A DNA stretch of 64,000 nt from Azolla caroliniana (GCA_043228905.1 JBHGNT010000013.1:21165945-21229944); one strand, 5' to 3'; shown: positions 1 to 13,270, counted from the stretch's first letter. Numbers and translations: made by a program. The notes: generated from the sequence alone by a model not told the origin.

Positions 1-1455
1 TTCGAACCTCCGTTTGGTTTTCGCATTCTTCTTTCATGTCTTGGATTGCGTTCACTTTGGATGGCGAGGGCTTCCGGCCGTATGCTCCACACAAGTGACC
101 TACCACCAAGATCTCCGGTTGCCCGAATGCGGATTTTTCTCCCGAAAATGTCAAATTCGCATCTTCGAGCCTTTGAAGCACCTTCTCGCAATCTTTCATA
201 TGATCCGCAACGAACTTTCTACAACCTTCCTTATCTTTCGATTCATCTTTCTCCTCATCCGAACATCCTTTTATCGGAATATCATCCAAGAATGGCATCG
301 TGATGTCCAAAATGCAATCCTTCAAGACTTTATTCATGGCATTCACCATATGAGCCACCGAGTTCGTTGCGCCTTGGGGTAAGGTACACATCCGCACAAG
401 CCCGATCGGCGTCCTCATGGTTGTAATGTCCCGACTGTCGATCGCCAATTGGAATTGGTCATATCCGGAGTAGAGATCGCCAATGGAGTAGATGGACCGG
501 CCCGCAAACGCTTCGGCAAATTCGTCCACGCTCGGACCGATTCCGGCATTTTGAATTGTCACCTTGTTGACGGGTTGAAGATCTTGGATGAATCGCAATG
601 ATCCATTCTTCTTCGGCACCGTGAACCACCTATTGGAATAAGGAGCATTCGACGGTTCTAGAATTCCCATACTCACCTTCTCCTTTAAGAGCTCGATCAG
701 CTTCGGAAGGTGTGCTCTCGGAACCGGTATCGGTTTCAAATTCCAAGGCACATGAGGCACCGTGAAGATCACCATTGGCTCTATAACCTTTGGGTCGGCG
801 CATCCGATTTCTTGTGGGAAGAATGCGAAAGCCTTCCCATGTCTCTCAAGCATATCGCGAAACATTCGCTCCTCTTCAGGGAGAAGGAAATCCTCCTTTC
901 CAACTCGTAGCTTCCCCTTCGTCTCTTTGGTGAAGTCATGACCTATCTTCTTCGGATCTCTTAAGCTTGGATCGTTAGCGACTTCCTTCATCTTTTGCCA
1001 GCTATCTTCCAGTAGCGGAACCGCAACTGGCTTGATCTTCTTATCAACCGTTTTATATTTTGTGTTGATGTCAGCTTCCTTTATCGAGATGCCACGACGG
1101 TATTCATCGATGATAGCGTACATGTTGACGGAGTTAACCGAAATCACGCATTGGTTGTGAAGATAGCTCAAGTCCACGACGTCCTCGATTTCGCCGATGG
1201 TGTCGTTAAATGAGGCTTCTTCCATAATATGAGTCACGAACTCCTCTTCTTCTATTATGTTCTCTTCTTTCAGCATCTTCTCGAATTCTTGTATCCGGTG
1301 CTTGTGCTTCTTGTCAGGTAGTACTAGTTTACATGCGCCACTAGGTGTGACACATGTCGCTTCTCCTTGCAATCCACGCACTCTTCTTTCTTGTGGGGTC
1401 TTGTGATTGCTCGGACTATTTGTGCCCCATGCTTCAATAGTCCGCTCTAAAAATC
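1..1455 (-). CDS. pol: Gypsy Pol (reverse transcriptase), partial; -1 frame relative to gag, open to the window edge
   Basis: Manual translation gives YKTVDKKIKPVA, PYSNRWFTVPKKNGSLRFIQDLQPVN, DLYSGYDQF, LPQGATNS, PFLDDIPIKG; missing from the ORF track because no stop falls in the window. Confidence 0.88.
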
Positions 1456-3651
1456 CGAGGATTCGCCTCCGAGACTATCTCTATTCCTTTCATGATTGGC
1501 TCGCACTGTTAGGAATTGGACCGATCTTTGGTTGTCAAGACTCTTTATTCGTGCGAAGGCTGCTCCATTATCGAACACTTTGGTCTCCATCCGAGATGAT
1601 ATGATATAAGGTTGCCCTAGGATGACAGAATGCGACGCCGATTCTTGTACGAAGAAGTGTTGATCCATCTCCACATCCCCGATCGTGACTTTGACATTGG
1701 GACAAGCTCCGTACAAATCCTGCGTAGACTTTGTTGCCGCGCGAATCTTCCATCCGTGGTTTGTATTGATTGGCCATCTTCCCTTTTTGTAGAAGTCGGT
1801 TGACATGAGGTTGATCTCCGAGCCGTGGTCGATCAAGGCTACGACGGTCTCTTTCTTCTCCCCGATCTTCACCGGCGTCTCCGTTGTCGCTCGTGCCCAA
1901 TGAGGTCGAGTGTAGTGGCTGTCCACCATATCTTCATCGATTTCGTCTCTTGCCATCGTTATGGCATTCGTTTTTGCTTTTTGCGGCTTCTCTTCTTCCT
2001 CGTCCGATTGTTGTCTCTTTCTCTTTACAAGGTCCACGATCGTGTCATGGAACTCCTTCTTCGTAATGCCAAGCAATTCCCTCAAGGACAAAGTTACGTG
2101 GCTATCAAGAACTCGTTCTTCGAGAATCTTCTTTAGGTCCGTAGTCTGCTCTATGTCCGACCTTAGCTTATAGGTAGGTATAGTCCTTGTCCTCCGAGTG
2201 GGGTCTTCGACACCAACCTTCACGGGCCGAACCGTTTCTTCAACTCGTATGCTTGGCTCCCCTTTTCGGCTTGATTCTCGTTCCTCCGTTTGTAAAGGTC
2301 GACTCGTCTCCGTATCGTCCTTCTTTTTCGCGTTCCTTGTTTCATGTCTTTTTGATGGCCCTTGCTCTTCTATTCTCTTTCTCTTTTCTTTGACGAACAC
2401 CACGTGGTTGTCGCACATCACCTCTGCGAGTATGGTGTTGTCGTCCACCGGATCCGACCACCCGGTTATGCTTTGCACGTTTCGGTCCGCAAGCTCTACC
2501 TCGTTCGATGTGACTTTTCCCTTCTTCTCATATTCGAGAACGGAAGTCCAAAACTTTGCTCCCGCTCTAGCAGCTTCAGTCTTGTCTTTCCCGACTCTTA
2601 TTCCGGCCGACGCAGCATAGTGCATCGCATCCACATGAGTCGCATCGGCATCCTCCATAGATTTCTTCATTCCTCCTCTTCCGAAATTCACCCGTAGGGG
2701 TCTTCTAGTCTCGCTTGAGCAGATCATGTTGTCCTCTATGTATACGATATTTTGTCGAATCGCCTCTCGAAGGCTCGCACAATCCCTTCTCATGTGGTCC
2801 ATGCTATCGCACCACACGCATCTAAAGGGTTCTTTTCCTTTAGGGCCCCGACGATTCATGTTGGCTAGCGTGACCTTCTCGAACTTCTTCACTAGCTCTT
2901 CAATGATGTCGTCATCAATCTTCTTTTCTTCCACGTTACTTTGTCTCAACGGCTCAGCTACTTTCGGCGGTCTTGCTTTCTCCGTGGTAGTCGGTCCCGT
3001 CATGTCGGTGTCATCAACCCATTGGCGACGTTTGTCGAGCCTATTGCATGCCCGCTTCACCGCGATCCAGCCTGCTACGAGCCCATTTGCTTGGGTATCA
3101 TCTTCGAGAAGAGTCCCCAACTCCCGTCTATCCTTTATGTCCACGGCCTTCAAGAAGTACAAAGTCTTGTCCTCTTCAAGCAATACTTGGTCCGTATTGG
3201 GGAGACGACTAAACATCTGGTCGAATTCATCATACACCCTCGAGACGCTCATCTTCTTATTCTTCTTCTCTATCCACTTCATCAGGGCATGTCGAGTCAT
3301 CCTCGTTGAGTCTTCAGTCACGAACTCCGCTAGTATCGTTTTCTCGAACTCAGACCATGTTGTCTTTCCTTCTTGAAGCTCGATGACGCGTCTTTGGATG
3401 TTGTTGGCGACAACTCTCTTGAAGCTTGCGATTTGACGTGCCTCGGACACGTCCCTTTGATTCATCTCCCTCTTATATGTATCAAGGAACTTCGTAACGT
3501 TCCTTCCATCGAATTGGCCCTCGAGCTCTACGACACGATCGACAGCCTTCTCCACGCTCGCGTCGTTGTCCCGAGATCTCATCATTTGCTGGACGATTAG
3601 CATCATCCTTTCGAGCTCTCCTGCTTGGTTGCTTGAGGACGCCATCTCCAA
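1447..3651 (-). CDS. gag: Gypsy Gag-protease polyprotein (734 aa)
   Basis: Gag FDGRNVTKFL, zinc knuckle CVWCDSMDHMRRDC, aspartic protease ALIDHGSEINLM...VILGQPY. Confidence 0.9.
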   Translation of the reverse strand: MEMASSSNQAGELERMMLIVQQMMRSRDNDASVEKAVDRVVELEGQFDGRNVTKFLDTYKREMNQRDVSEARQIASFKRVVANNIQRRVIELQEGKTTWSEFEKTILAEFVTEDSTRMTRHALMKWIEKKNKKMSVSRVYDEFDQMFSRLPNTDQVLLEEDKTLYFLKAVDIKDRRELGTLLEDDTQANGLVAGWIAVKRACNRLDKRRQWVDDTDMTGPTTTEKARPPKVAEPLRQSNVEEKKIDDDIIEELVKKFEKVTLANMNRRGPKGKEPFRCVWCDSMDHMRRDCASLREAIRQNIVYIEDNMICSSETRRPLRVNFGRGGMKKSMEDADATHVDAMHYAASAGIRVGKDKTEAARAGAKFWTSVLEYEKKGKVTSNEVELADRNVQSITGWSDPVDDNTILAEVMCDNHVVFVKEKRKRIEEQGPSKRHETRNAKKKDDTETSRPLQTEERESSRKGEPSIRVEETVRPVKVGVEDPTRRTRTIPTYKLRSDIEQTTDLKKILEERVLDSHVTLSLRELLGITKKEFHDTIVDLVKRKRQQSDEEEEKPQKAKTNAITMARDEIDEDMVDSHYTRPHWARATTETPVKIGEKKETVVALIDHGSEINLMSTDFYKKGRWPINTNHGWKIRAATKSTQDLYGACPNVKVTIGDVEMDQHFFVQESASHSVILGQPYIISSRMETKVFDNGAAFARIKSLDNQRSVQFLTVRANHERNRDSLGGESSDF

Positions 3652-3687
3652 GTATTAATCTCTACTTGATCCTTCCTACCGCCTCTT

Positions 3688-3704
3688 TCACGTCGGGTTC
3701 ACCA
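3688..3704 (-). promoter_or_regulatory. Primer binding site complementary to the tRNA-Trp 3' end
   Basis: + strand TCACGTCGGGTTCACCA resembles the eukaryotic tRNA-Trp 3' terminus; 8 bp from the LTR end. Confidence 0.75.
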
Positions 3705-4714
3705 CTTAATTATGTCGTGAAGATCCGTCACTACGCGCGGATCGTGAGGCGGAACCGCCGGGGTTCTGGACCGGAAGGATTCAAAGTCGATACAAGCTTC
3801 GGCAAGAAAGTACTTAAGATAGATTGGGAAAGAGAGAAGTTGAGATTACACGATTGATTTGAAAACGAATTTCTTCCTCTTAATTTTCATAAAAAAAAAA
3901 ACCGTGTTTTTCTCCTCCCCCTTCCCTCTTTTATAGATGCTCTCATGCATATGATGCATGTGAGGGTACAAGACATGCATAAATTGCATGTTTGCCATTT
4001 GGCGCTTAAGTATTACATGTGGTGCATGCTAACCATGTCACTCATTTTAGCTCTCATGGATGAGAATTTACATGTAAAAGTACAATGATAGAAATATAAT
4101 TTCAACTAAATACCATGGCTTAATGGTAAGCCATTTGACTCCTAACTTGGAGGTGCAAGGTTCGAATCTATACTTGCCCTCCTTGTATATGTAAATATGT
4201 ATATATTTTTATATATTTATTTTATCTAGTCATCGCCGGATACCGTCATCGGATGCCGTCGCCGAATACCGATGCCAACGTCGGATGCCAACGCCGGATA
4301 CCGGTGCCGCATGCTGCGGTCGGATCACCGGCTCCATCGCCGGTCCGGTTTTGGTTGGCCAAAACCCTTTTCGAGTAGCTAGCCACCTCCACTCTAAGTT
4401 CAAGTTACCTTGAACTCTCTATGCTCCACACATAGACACAAAGATAATATCTTTTGCTCCACCTTATATATGATGAGAGCCGTATTTGTCGTGCCTATGT
4501 GGGATATCCCACAATTTTCTCTTTTCTTTTCACAAACTTTATACCCTCATATCTTGACATTTAGTTGTCTATTTCTCGTGTAATAAAGTGCATTCGAAAC
4601 CTCCATCATTTTGTACTTAGATATTAAAAATGTTATCTTCACAATTATTGTATTACGTGATTCATACTCGATTTTGTACGTTTTATGGGATTTTCACACT
4701 ATTGCCGAAAATCT

Positions 4715-5149
4715 TCACGACACCGTGACAAAATCTGTCCAGGTATCGGGCAATTTCCCCATAGTACGGAGCCCACACCACCAGGTGGCGGCCTTACCCC
4801 CGAGTTCTCGGCCGACATATGCAATCTTCGTACTATCTGGCATGGGATAGAGCTCAAAATGAGACTCCCATCGTCCCAGCCATGTGCAGATTGTTTCTTC
4901 AGTTCTTTCCTTTTTGTCTCCCGTAAATGGCTTAACGACAAATGATGGTTCGCCTTGTCGCTCATCAGGTCTATTAGTCTCACGTTGTAGAATAATGACA
5001 CGTGCCTCAAGAGCACTCTGAGATTGCCGAAGTTCGGTCATTTGTTGCACGGTGAAACTAAGGTATTGGCTTATTTGTGCCAAATACATCTCAGTGGACA
5101 TTTGTCCAGGAGGATTCCCTTGAGTTCCTTCCGCTTGAGCGGATGACAT
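4715..5149 (-). pseudogene. Retrotransposon Gag remnant
   Basis: WLGRWESHF...KIAYVGRELGGKAATWW...TWTDF, a Retrotrans_gag-type pattern with a premature stop. Confidence 0.75.
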
Positions 5150-6372
5150 CGGGTCGTTAATTTGCGCCCTTAAAGATTATTTCTAGAAAAGAAATAGGAT
5201 AAGGTCAGAGAGATAGTCATAACATCATGTCGTGATGTAAACATATCATGGGCAAACATTAATCGATATCATGATCTCACGTCAATACCCCTCTAGAAGT
5301 ATGAGATGAGGTTCAAGATCAGGTTACTATGGTAACACAAAGGTGTTTTAAAAACCATGGGGGTGACAATTTAATGTCTTTCCCTGATCTCTATATCGAT
5401 TTTTTCATGGCGGCTCCCCGAGGCTCAACCATGTATGTTCGCGTCATGAGTAGTTTATACACGAAAAAAATGTTAACAATAAACTATGTTTCCTTGCCCA
5501 CATATGTGGTTTCGGCTCTTTAAGTCCTGTTACGAGGACCCCAAGGTGCACTTAGACCTTAAGTCTAAACATGTGTTATAGTTGTATGTATCAAGGATGT
5601 TGTATGGTCTTGGTCATATTTGAACTCGAGACCTCGAGAACAAATACATTAAACACTTGAGCCAACCAAGTGAGTTGCTCTTCTCGAATGCTTAAAGTTT
5701 GATGCATATAAGAGATATGCAAGGCATTTGATCATATATGTTTTTTTTGAAAGAACATATATGTCAAGGGTCCTTATTTCGCCCTCATTTACCAAAACTA
5801 TGTTGGTACGTTACCTAACCTCAAGTCTCGTAATTACGATGGCATACGCCAAAGTGCAACCTAATGGTCAAGCCAAATGAGCCCTTGTTTCGTAGTAGGC
5901 CCACGTGGCCCATCACATGGTCACGTCATTACGATGCCACCATGTAACGAGGGAGGGATGTTGGATACGTGTGTCATTGGAGCGACCTCACTTGAAGTGG
6001 GTCAAACCCTACGTACTCAACATCATTATGGCTATAGGCGTTTCTTTACGTAACGAAATCGAGGTCATCAACGGGGTTGTCAACAATAAAAAATTGTTGA
6101 AAAAGGGATGGTGACAACTTTCGATATAATCACGTAATAACGAATATACACATATGTTTACGTGACCACATATGCCTATATTAAACATATCGCTATATTA
6201 AATAGCCACAAATTATGTGATCAAGATACGTAATCGAGATATATACCTCTACGCACAGGAAACATCCACAAATAAGAGATCATCGTAATACGCAATTGAG
6301 GTATTGACCTCTTACGCATACGAGACCAAACACATATCCTTTACAACAAATCAAGGTATTAAACTCATACGA

Positions 6373-7277
6373 TGTCGCAGTGTAATTCGCACACTACGGG
6401 AAAAATTACATTTTTGGTCTCTCCGAATAGGACATGGAGTACCTGGTGAGAACCGGAAGAAGAAAACTAGCAAGCACCAGATGAAGCAGAACCGGAAAGA
6501 GTCGGATGAAGAAGGCCGGTGAGAGTCGGTGAGAAACGGACGAAAAGATCGGTAAGGAGGTCCCGGTAAGAACCGGACAAAGAAAACTAGCAAGCACCGG
6601 ATGAAGCAGAACCAGAAAGAGCCGGATGAAGAAGGCCAGTGAGAGTCTCTCACCGGATGAAGAGACATATTAGTAAATAGAAGAAAGTATAAAAATATAT
6701 ATTACATGCATAGGGCAAGATTCGAACCTTGCACCTCCATGTTAATAATGTTAAGCCTTATCATTATACTAGCATATTATGAATTTTAAAGTTATACTAA
6801 ACTTTATCCCATGTAAAATTTCTAGACATGCATGGTACAAAAAGTTATTCATGCATAGACACTTGAGTTAGAAGAAAACATGAGATAAAAAGCTAGTCAT
6901 GCACATGCAGTGTGCATGAAAACTAAAGATAGGAAAAGCATGATGCTTGCATGTGATAAACTTAGACTCTTCCAACACTATATAAGGAAGGGAGAAAGAT
7001 GTATAGAGGTTGTTGATTATTTTACAAGGATTTTGATCAATCTAATATATTCGTGGGATTCACGATTTTTTTTCCATCTATTTCTCTCTTACATTCTAAG
7101 TATCAATTAATACACTATACTCGTGGGATTCACGAGTTTCATATCTTCTTTCAAATATTTCTCTTTCCTGCAATCGATTCATAAGGAGCCTTATCTCATA
7201 TTCTTCTTTCTCCTAGTCCAAAACCTCAGCGGTTCCCACCCGACTCACGCAACGATCCGGAGCCGAAAGGCACGACA
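6373..7277 (+). mobile_element. Solo LTR related to the LTR at 3713-4513, opposite orientation
   Basis: TGTCG...CGACA ends; its 3' end resembles the reverse complement of 3713-3780; shares GGAGGTGCAAGGTTCGAATC; imperfect ACG(C)A TSD; internal ~120-bp duplication at 6440-6650. Confidence 0.7.
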
Positions 7278-8050
7278 ACGCAAACGTAACATATGTTCAT
7301 GAACGTAATATGTAATTGAGGTATTAACCTCGTACGCATACGACACTCATCACATATTATTTATATGTCAAACGAGGTATTGACCTCGTGCACATATGTA
7401 AACGTTTTAGATAATCAATTAAAGACCACTACAACATCATTGACTTAATGAAAAAAAATGACATATAGACTAAACACATGATTAGATGGGAGAAGAGAGA
7501 ATAGAAAAAAAAATTACGGAAAGAGTTACCGAAGTTCTTTGTTGATCGTTGTTTGGATCAAGGCCGACCGCACATCGATCGATCACCATCAATCAAAAGA
7601 CAAAAGACAAACAAAGAAACATTAGTACATGGCTCTGATACCAAATATTAGAGATCTAGGTACTAAAGTAAGCTTAAGATAAGGATAAACTAATGATAGA
7701 TAGAAAGGAGAAAGAGAAAGAAGGGTGTTGATCCACCCGACCACCCCCGAGCGAAGGGATCGAGACGGACTCGAGCCTCGATCGGCGTCCCATACCACCG
7801 TCGTGGCGTCGAGTCGTACCTGGTGCTGGCGCGCTCGCTACAAGAGTTGACCCACCACAAGAGCAGAGTCTCGATGTAGTCAAAAGATGATGAAATGAGG
7901 GTAGTTAGGCCTCTTATTTATAGCGATACCCAAGGCCCCCATGCAAGTTCACACTTGACCTAATGGGTTGTCTCAATCCCGAGGATTAAAAGTAATCCTC
8001 CCCTTCTTTACACTCTCGTTTAACCCTCACACTTATCCACGTGTATAGAA

Positions 8051-8442
8051 CATAGTTCCTAATATTCGCGTACGTCCAATTTACTGGACGTACGCAAACG
8101 TTTGCAAACGTACGCGTATGATACGCGATATTCGTTTGGCTTTTTTTTTTTTTTTTGACTTTTTTTTTGTTTTTTTAATTTTTGATATTCATAATATTTT
8201 GTGAATAGAAGTGACATCTGACACACATACACACACACTCTCTCTCTCTCTCACACGAGAACTGACAGATTTTCTCTCTCTACAAAATCTAGATATCTAA
8301 TATACATATTACATACTCCCTCACACAGTCAAAACCCATAGCTCCTCTCTCTCTCTCTCTCTCTCTCTCTAGAGTCTAGATATACACTCAATCACTGTCT
8401 CCTCACACATGCAAAACAGGGCTTCTCTCTCTAGACCACACA

Positions 8443-8505
<63 letters not shown>

Positions 8506-8671
8506 CTCACACACACACACACTATGTACACCATATACACCATATGTATATATAATATATCTAAGTACCGCGTATGGATTTCAATCATACTTGGAGCCTT
8601 TTCACGTATGAGTATGATACGAATATTGGCGTTTGAGTATGACACGAATGGGACGTATGGCTAGAACTATG
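8051..8671. mobile_element. Non-autonomous hAT-like element/MITE inserted in an LTR
   Basis: Perfect 8-bp TSD GTATAGAA (8043-8050, 8672-8679); TIR CATAGTTC...GAACTATG; subterminal TACG-rich motifs; internal CT/CA microsatellites. Confidence 0.85.
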
Positions 8672-8949
8672 GTATAGAATACTACGGTAAATTCTCACCA
8701 CGGGATATTGAATGGTCATGCCCGTAACACAACTTGTAAACATCTCTCTTTAAAATCTAATTAACAAGCATACACAACAAAAATCTAATTGACAAGGACA
8801 TAGAACGAAATGAAATCGTTTTCTTTTTCTTACCTCAGATGTATTACTCCATACATCTCTCTTAATTTACTAGATACCACCACTATGGAATGTAAGGGTT
8901 GAACCCATGAAATTCTAGTCTCCATTACACAACCTTACCAAACAAGCTA

Positions 8950-8995
<46 letters not shown>

Positions 8996-9085
8996 GTGAA
9001 AACACACAATTATATTAATAAATGTGTGTGAAAAACACTATTTACAATGGGTGTGACAACGGAGTATGGCCACCCACTAACTACA

Positions 9086-9484
9086 CTACATGGGTAGTGG
9101 AACATGTTGAATTGCCAAAAGGCAAGATGAACACTCCATTGAGGAAAGAATTTCCATTTCCTCCAATAAAGAAAATTGACACATTAGTACTCCCTTCAAC
9201 TTCTGTAGATATGCTTTCACTCCATGTCTACCATCAAATACAAAAGCATTGTGCATGTCCCAATTATGACGCAATCCCCAATATCTCAGAAATAGGAAAA
9301 CAATCTCCATCTCTGATTTTGGGTCAACCTGTGTAAATTGTGCAAACACCCACTGTCTAGCTATCAAATAACATTGTGATAAAACTTCCCAAATTTGAGA
9401 AATGTAACTCCAAATCTGACAAGCAATCGGACATTTTATAAATTGATGAGTATTATCTTCCATTTGAACAATGCAAAAGAAGCG

Positions 9485-9490
<6 letters not shown>
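9086..9490 (-). pseudogene. LINE (L1-like) ORF2 C-terminal remnant
   Basis: EDNTHQFIKCPIACQIW...WDMHNAFVF resembles the zf-RVT HxxxxCP..W..RN..VF region. Confidence 0.6.
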
Positions 9491-9525
<35 letters not shown>

Positions 9526-11859
9526 AGCATACAATTGTTTTAATGTATGTTAAATCCACTTGTTACAACTTCTTAGTCAATTATTGAAACTTTCCATTAG
9601 GGTGTACCTTGATAATAGCTTTTCTAATATACATCCTTTCACCTTTAATGTTTCACTAGGAAGCTATTATTGACAATGGATTCATGATTTCGTTAATATG
9701 CAAACATTTCGCACCATGACCTACATTGGGGTTTTCTTTATAAAGTTGATGAATTGAATATCCACGTAGCATATGACATGACAAATGTTATATGATCCTT
9801 TGATGTGAAATTTGATTAATGTATTTTGAGATCACGTGGAAATGATCTAGATAGCTACAAAGTTTTTATGTCCAACATGCTACAATAAAGATTTGAACAA
9901 ATTAGACGAATTCACAAGACTAGGTACAAATGTTATCTTTTTGGGAACAATTCAGGTGTAGTAAAAACTCAAGAAGAATACAAAAGGAGGAAGATGATCA
10001 TTTATTATGAGGACGAGCATTTGTTTCATGGATGAATCTTAGAGACTCTCTTCATAGGAAGGGATGAACTTTAGAGAATGTAAGCTTAGTGTGCATTTGT
10101 AAAGTTTGAATAATTGGGAACCACATAATATTCTTATAAATGAATATGTCACAATATATGGGCATGAATATCGTCTTTCTATAACATTACATGGGTTTAT
10201 GTAGATAATATTTTTTAGCAATGGATTACATATTCTTTCTATAGTGTTAAGAGGCTTTTTAAGTAAATGTTACATTTATGCTTAACACTAGAAGCTATGA
10301 AAAACATATCGTGGATTTATGAGAATATATTGCATTTATACCTTTGGACAATTAACTATTTGTTTAGAATGTTAATAGAAGCACGACCTGTAAAATTCAC
10401 ATGTTTCAACATTGCACATTCCATGATATTGTAGTTTACATGTCAAATTCTAAAGTTATTCTAAACATTTAGAGACAAGTTGAGGTACTTCATGTGAACG
10501 CATCACATGCTAAATGTAAGTGCAATGCCTTTTAGATACACATGAACTAGTTTGCAAAACATTTCAAGTCCTCCAAATTTGATTGGTAATGGGGTAATAT
10601 CATTGTCATCTATGTGCAACCAGAATAATTGTTTCTATTATATCAATTACATCATCTAAAACAAATTTAAACCCAATCAATTCTCTTATTAACTAACTGT
10701 AATATTCAAAAATGACAAATTGGTCTCCCTAATTTTCCTTACAAACTCATCAATTTGGCCCACAGAAATGAATGAATATAATATACCCATAAGCTCTAAA
10801 TGAAAGTTTTCCAACGTTAGTGGATTGGAAGCTGCAGTATAAGGCCATTGGTTTCAAGTCTCCAACCATCACATTTGATGTTGTATTGACCATCGAACTA
10901 ATTACATTATAAAAAAGACAAATGTTTATTTACATCAACCATTGTTTGTCTCTTGAAAAGCGTTTAAAGATTAACTTGTTATAATGCAATGCATTGTCTT
11001 ATTAGAATTCAATTATCGTCACTTTGCTATCCATTTGTGTTAAGTGTCAAGGCGTAGAATATTTCAAATGTACCAAAAACAAAGAAGAAACATATACAAA
11101 ATGAAAAAGTCAATTTATCAATTTAATAACAATAAATGCCACAAGTCTTAGGTTTCAACATTTCAGATAAATATGATATTTGCAACTCAATTTTCAAACA
11201 TATTTGCCTATCACAAACTATATTGCCAAGTAATGGTCAACAACCGATATTAATAGCTAATGGAACCTACTAGTGAATGCATGTTGCCTGATTTAGTTTC
11301 ACCTTAATGATATTTTTCATTTCCTCATATAACATTAAACCATTAAAAGCATGCCAACAATCTTAAAATGAGCTATGAGATAGGTCCCTCTGAAAAAATA
11401 TTGTTCTACTTTAAAATGTCAATACATCAATACTATTAATATAATAATAGATCCCGGCCCGATCGAAGTAAAACCAGAATGGCACATATGTGTTGTCCCT
11501 AAACAAGACCAACCCAAAACCAGCCCCACAACGAGTTGGCACAGGCTCATGAAGTCCCGATTGAAGTTGGCACAAGCATAACCCAAGCAGGGTTTGGGTT
11601 GGGACAGTCCCATGCAGCCGTTAATCCCAACCAAAGTTGGGACACAAGAAAGGAACTAGTCCTAATCTCATTCCCAGTTCCAGTCCCAAAAAAGGTGTGC
11701 CTCCCTTGGGTTGGGACTCACAAAAGACCCAATCCTAGACCCTGCTATAAAAGCAACGCCTCCCTGGGTTGGGGAAAACCAATCCCAACATCCCAATCTC
11801 AATGACTAATGCTAGGGGAGGCCAAGGGCCGCCTCTTGGCATAAGAGTTTATGATAAAT

Positions 11860-12734
11860 AATCATAGTTTTGGCGATATCTCTTGTCCCAACTATGTTTT
11901 GAGATCATTTCGAGACCCCCATGTTTTAGGGTCATCACACATATGTGCTTAATATGAAAACACATGGCTACATAACGTCAGTTGGTACCCTTTTCAATGG
12001 ACATGGCACAATCCTTATGCAGCCCAAGGAAGCAAAGTCATCCCTTTCTTCCAATTCACGACAAGATTGGGAGCCACATCCTAGTTGCTCAAACCGACAA
12101 AGAACTAGTTGGAGGGAAGTTTTGGCAGCAATTATGGAAACAACAACACGCTAGGCGAATTACCTTGTTTTAATGGCTATTAATACGTAGGTCATTGCCG
12201 ATTGGAGCGTGGATGCGTGGGTCCTTAGCTCTCCTAATGGTGTAGTGTGCCCAATGGAATAGAATTAATTGGACACGATCAGTGGGATTGCCTAGAGACC
12301 CATCGAATATGGTGTGGGGTTGGCCGACTATTGCAATTATGCCAAGTGCAAGGCACCATCAATTGAGAGAATATATGTTGGTTATCATGACATGTCCCAA
12401 TTAACAGATACGAACATCTGGAGGAGGAATGACGTTTGTGATAAAGGTACAGGAGAATTTTTTTTCCACCACTAACAATATTCACTCAACTCCCATCAAT
12501 GCCTAAGCTCAAGTCACATGTTGGAATTGGTCAACCCAATAATACTATAGACTTTCTAGAAACAACATTGTAAGTGGGTATTCTCCAATCACACCGTACA
12601 CCAAGCGATATTATCGTAGGAGATATGGAGTGAAGTTATAACCAAGTTAAAGAGCCAATATGATGGCATCACGGGCGGATCTGGTGGAGCCGAAACAATT
12701 AGCCTTTATCCAACAATGATAGTCCTTTCCCTTT
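11860..12734 (+). pseudogene. Degenerate LINE-like 3' ORF remnant
   Basis: Trp-rich broken frames; its 3' end (KSQYDGITGGS) is similar to the 17744-17947 minus-strand fragment (KSQYDGLKGGSDG). Confidence 0.45.
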
Positions 12735-13270
12735 TGTTGAGAATCAAGCTAAACCTAGTGCAACGTGTGAACACACCTTTTGAGAATCTATTATTACTCA
12801 AAGATAAAGAGTCACACCACTACTCTCTACACATTAACTATGTGTCATAGAATCATATTCTATGACACATAACTAATGAGTTACATATTCCCCATGACTA
12901 TGAGTCTTCACATTCGTGGTTGTTATAGTTAGTTAATGAAGAGCGAGGGTGACTATATAAAGCACCCTCCTCCTACTCCATACTAAATTGGTAGTGACTC
13001 CTTGTAATGCTACATTTTGTATTTGCTATTCTACTTGTAAATATACACCTTCTTCTTGACTATTCCTTTTTCTATCTATCTTGTGTTCTCTCTTCTCTCC
13101 TCTTAGAATTCCTCTCACACTTACACATAACGCACATCTTTTCTGCTACACAAGAATCATACTCGATTCTTTACACCTTTCTTTAGTAAGTGGGCCTCCA
13201 CATAAGATGGAACTATTGAGTCTCTTCTGGGATTTGTATATAACATTCTCACCTGTAAAATTGTATATCA
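12735..13270 (+). mobile_element. Solo LTR-like fragment
   Basis: TGTTGA...TATCA ends and a TATA (CTATATAAA); first ~160 bp match the reverse complement of ~47110-47271; no clear TSD. Confidence 0.5.

Larger units (their letters stand above)
1..4513 (-). mobile_element. Ty3/Gypsy LTR retrotransposon, 5' part (5' LTR ~3713-4513, tRNA-Trp PBS, gag-protease, RT running off the window); nested in a second Gypsy
   Basis: On the minus strand the LTR begins TGTGGGA (4513) and ends TCACGACA (3713); PBS at 3688-3704; gag-pro ORF and RT motifs follow. Confidence 0.9.
4514..8729 (-). mobile_element. Degenerate Gypsy element, 5' part (LTR ~7646-8729, tRNA-iMet PBS 7632-7643, long leader, gag remnant)
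   Basis: GCTCTGATACCA at 7632-7643; LTR end CCCGTAACA at 8729; gag remnant at 4715-5149. Confidence 0.75.

Noticed and set aside
4110-4180. Functional tRNA gene
   Set aside because: A/B boxes are present but I could not build a convincing acceptor or anticodon stem; it lies inside an LTR
11450-11850. CCCAA/TTGGG-rich segment as a MITE or gene
   Set aside because: No TIR/TSD pair or recognisable protein could be fixed
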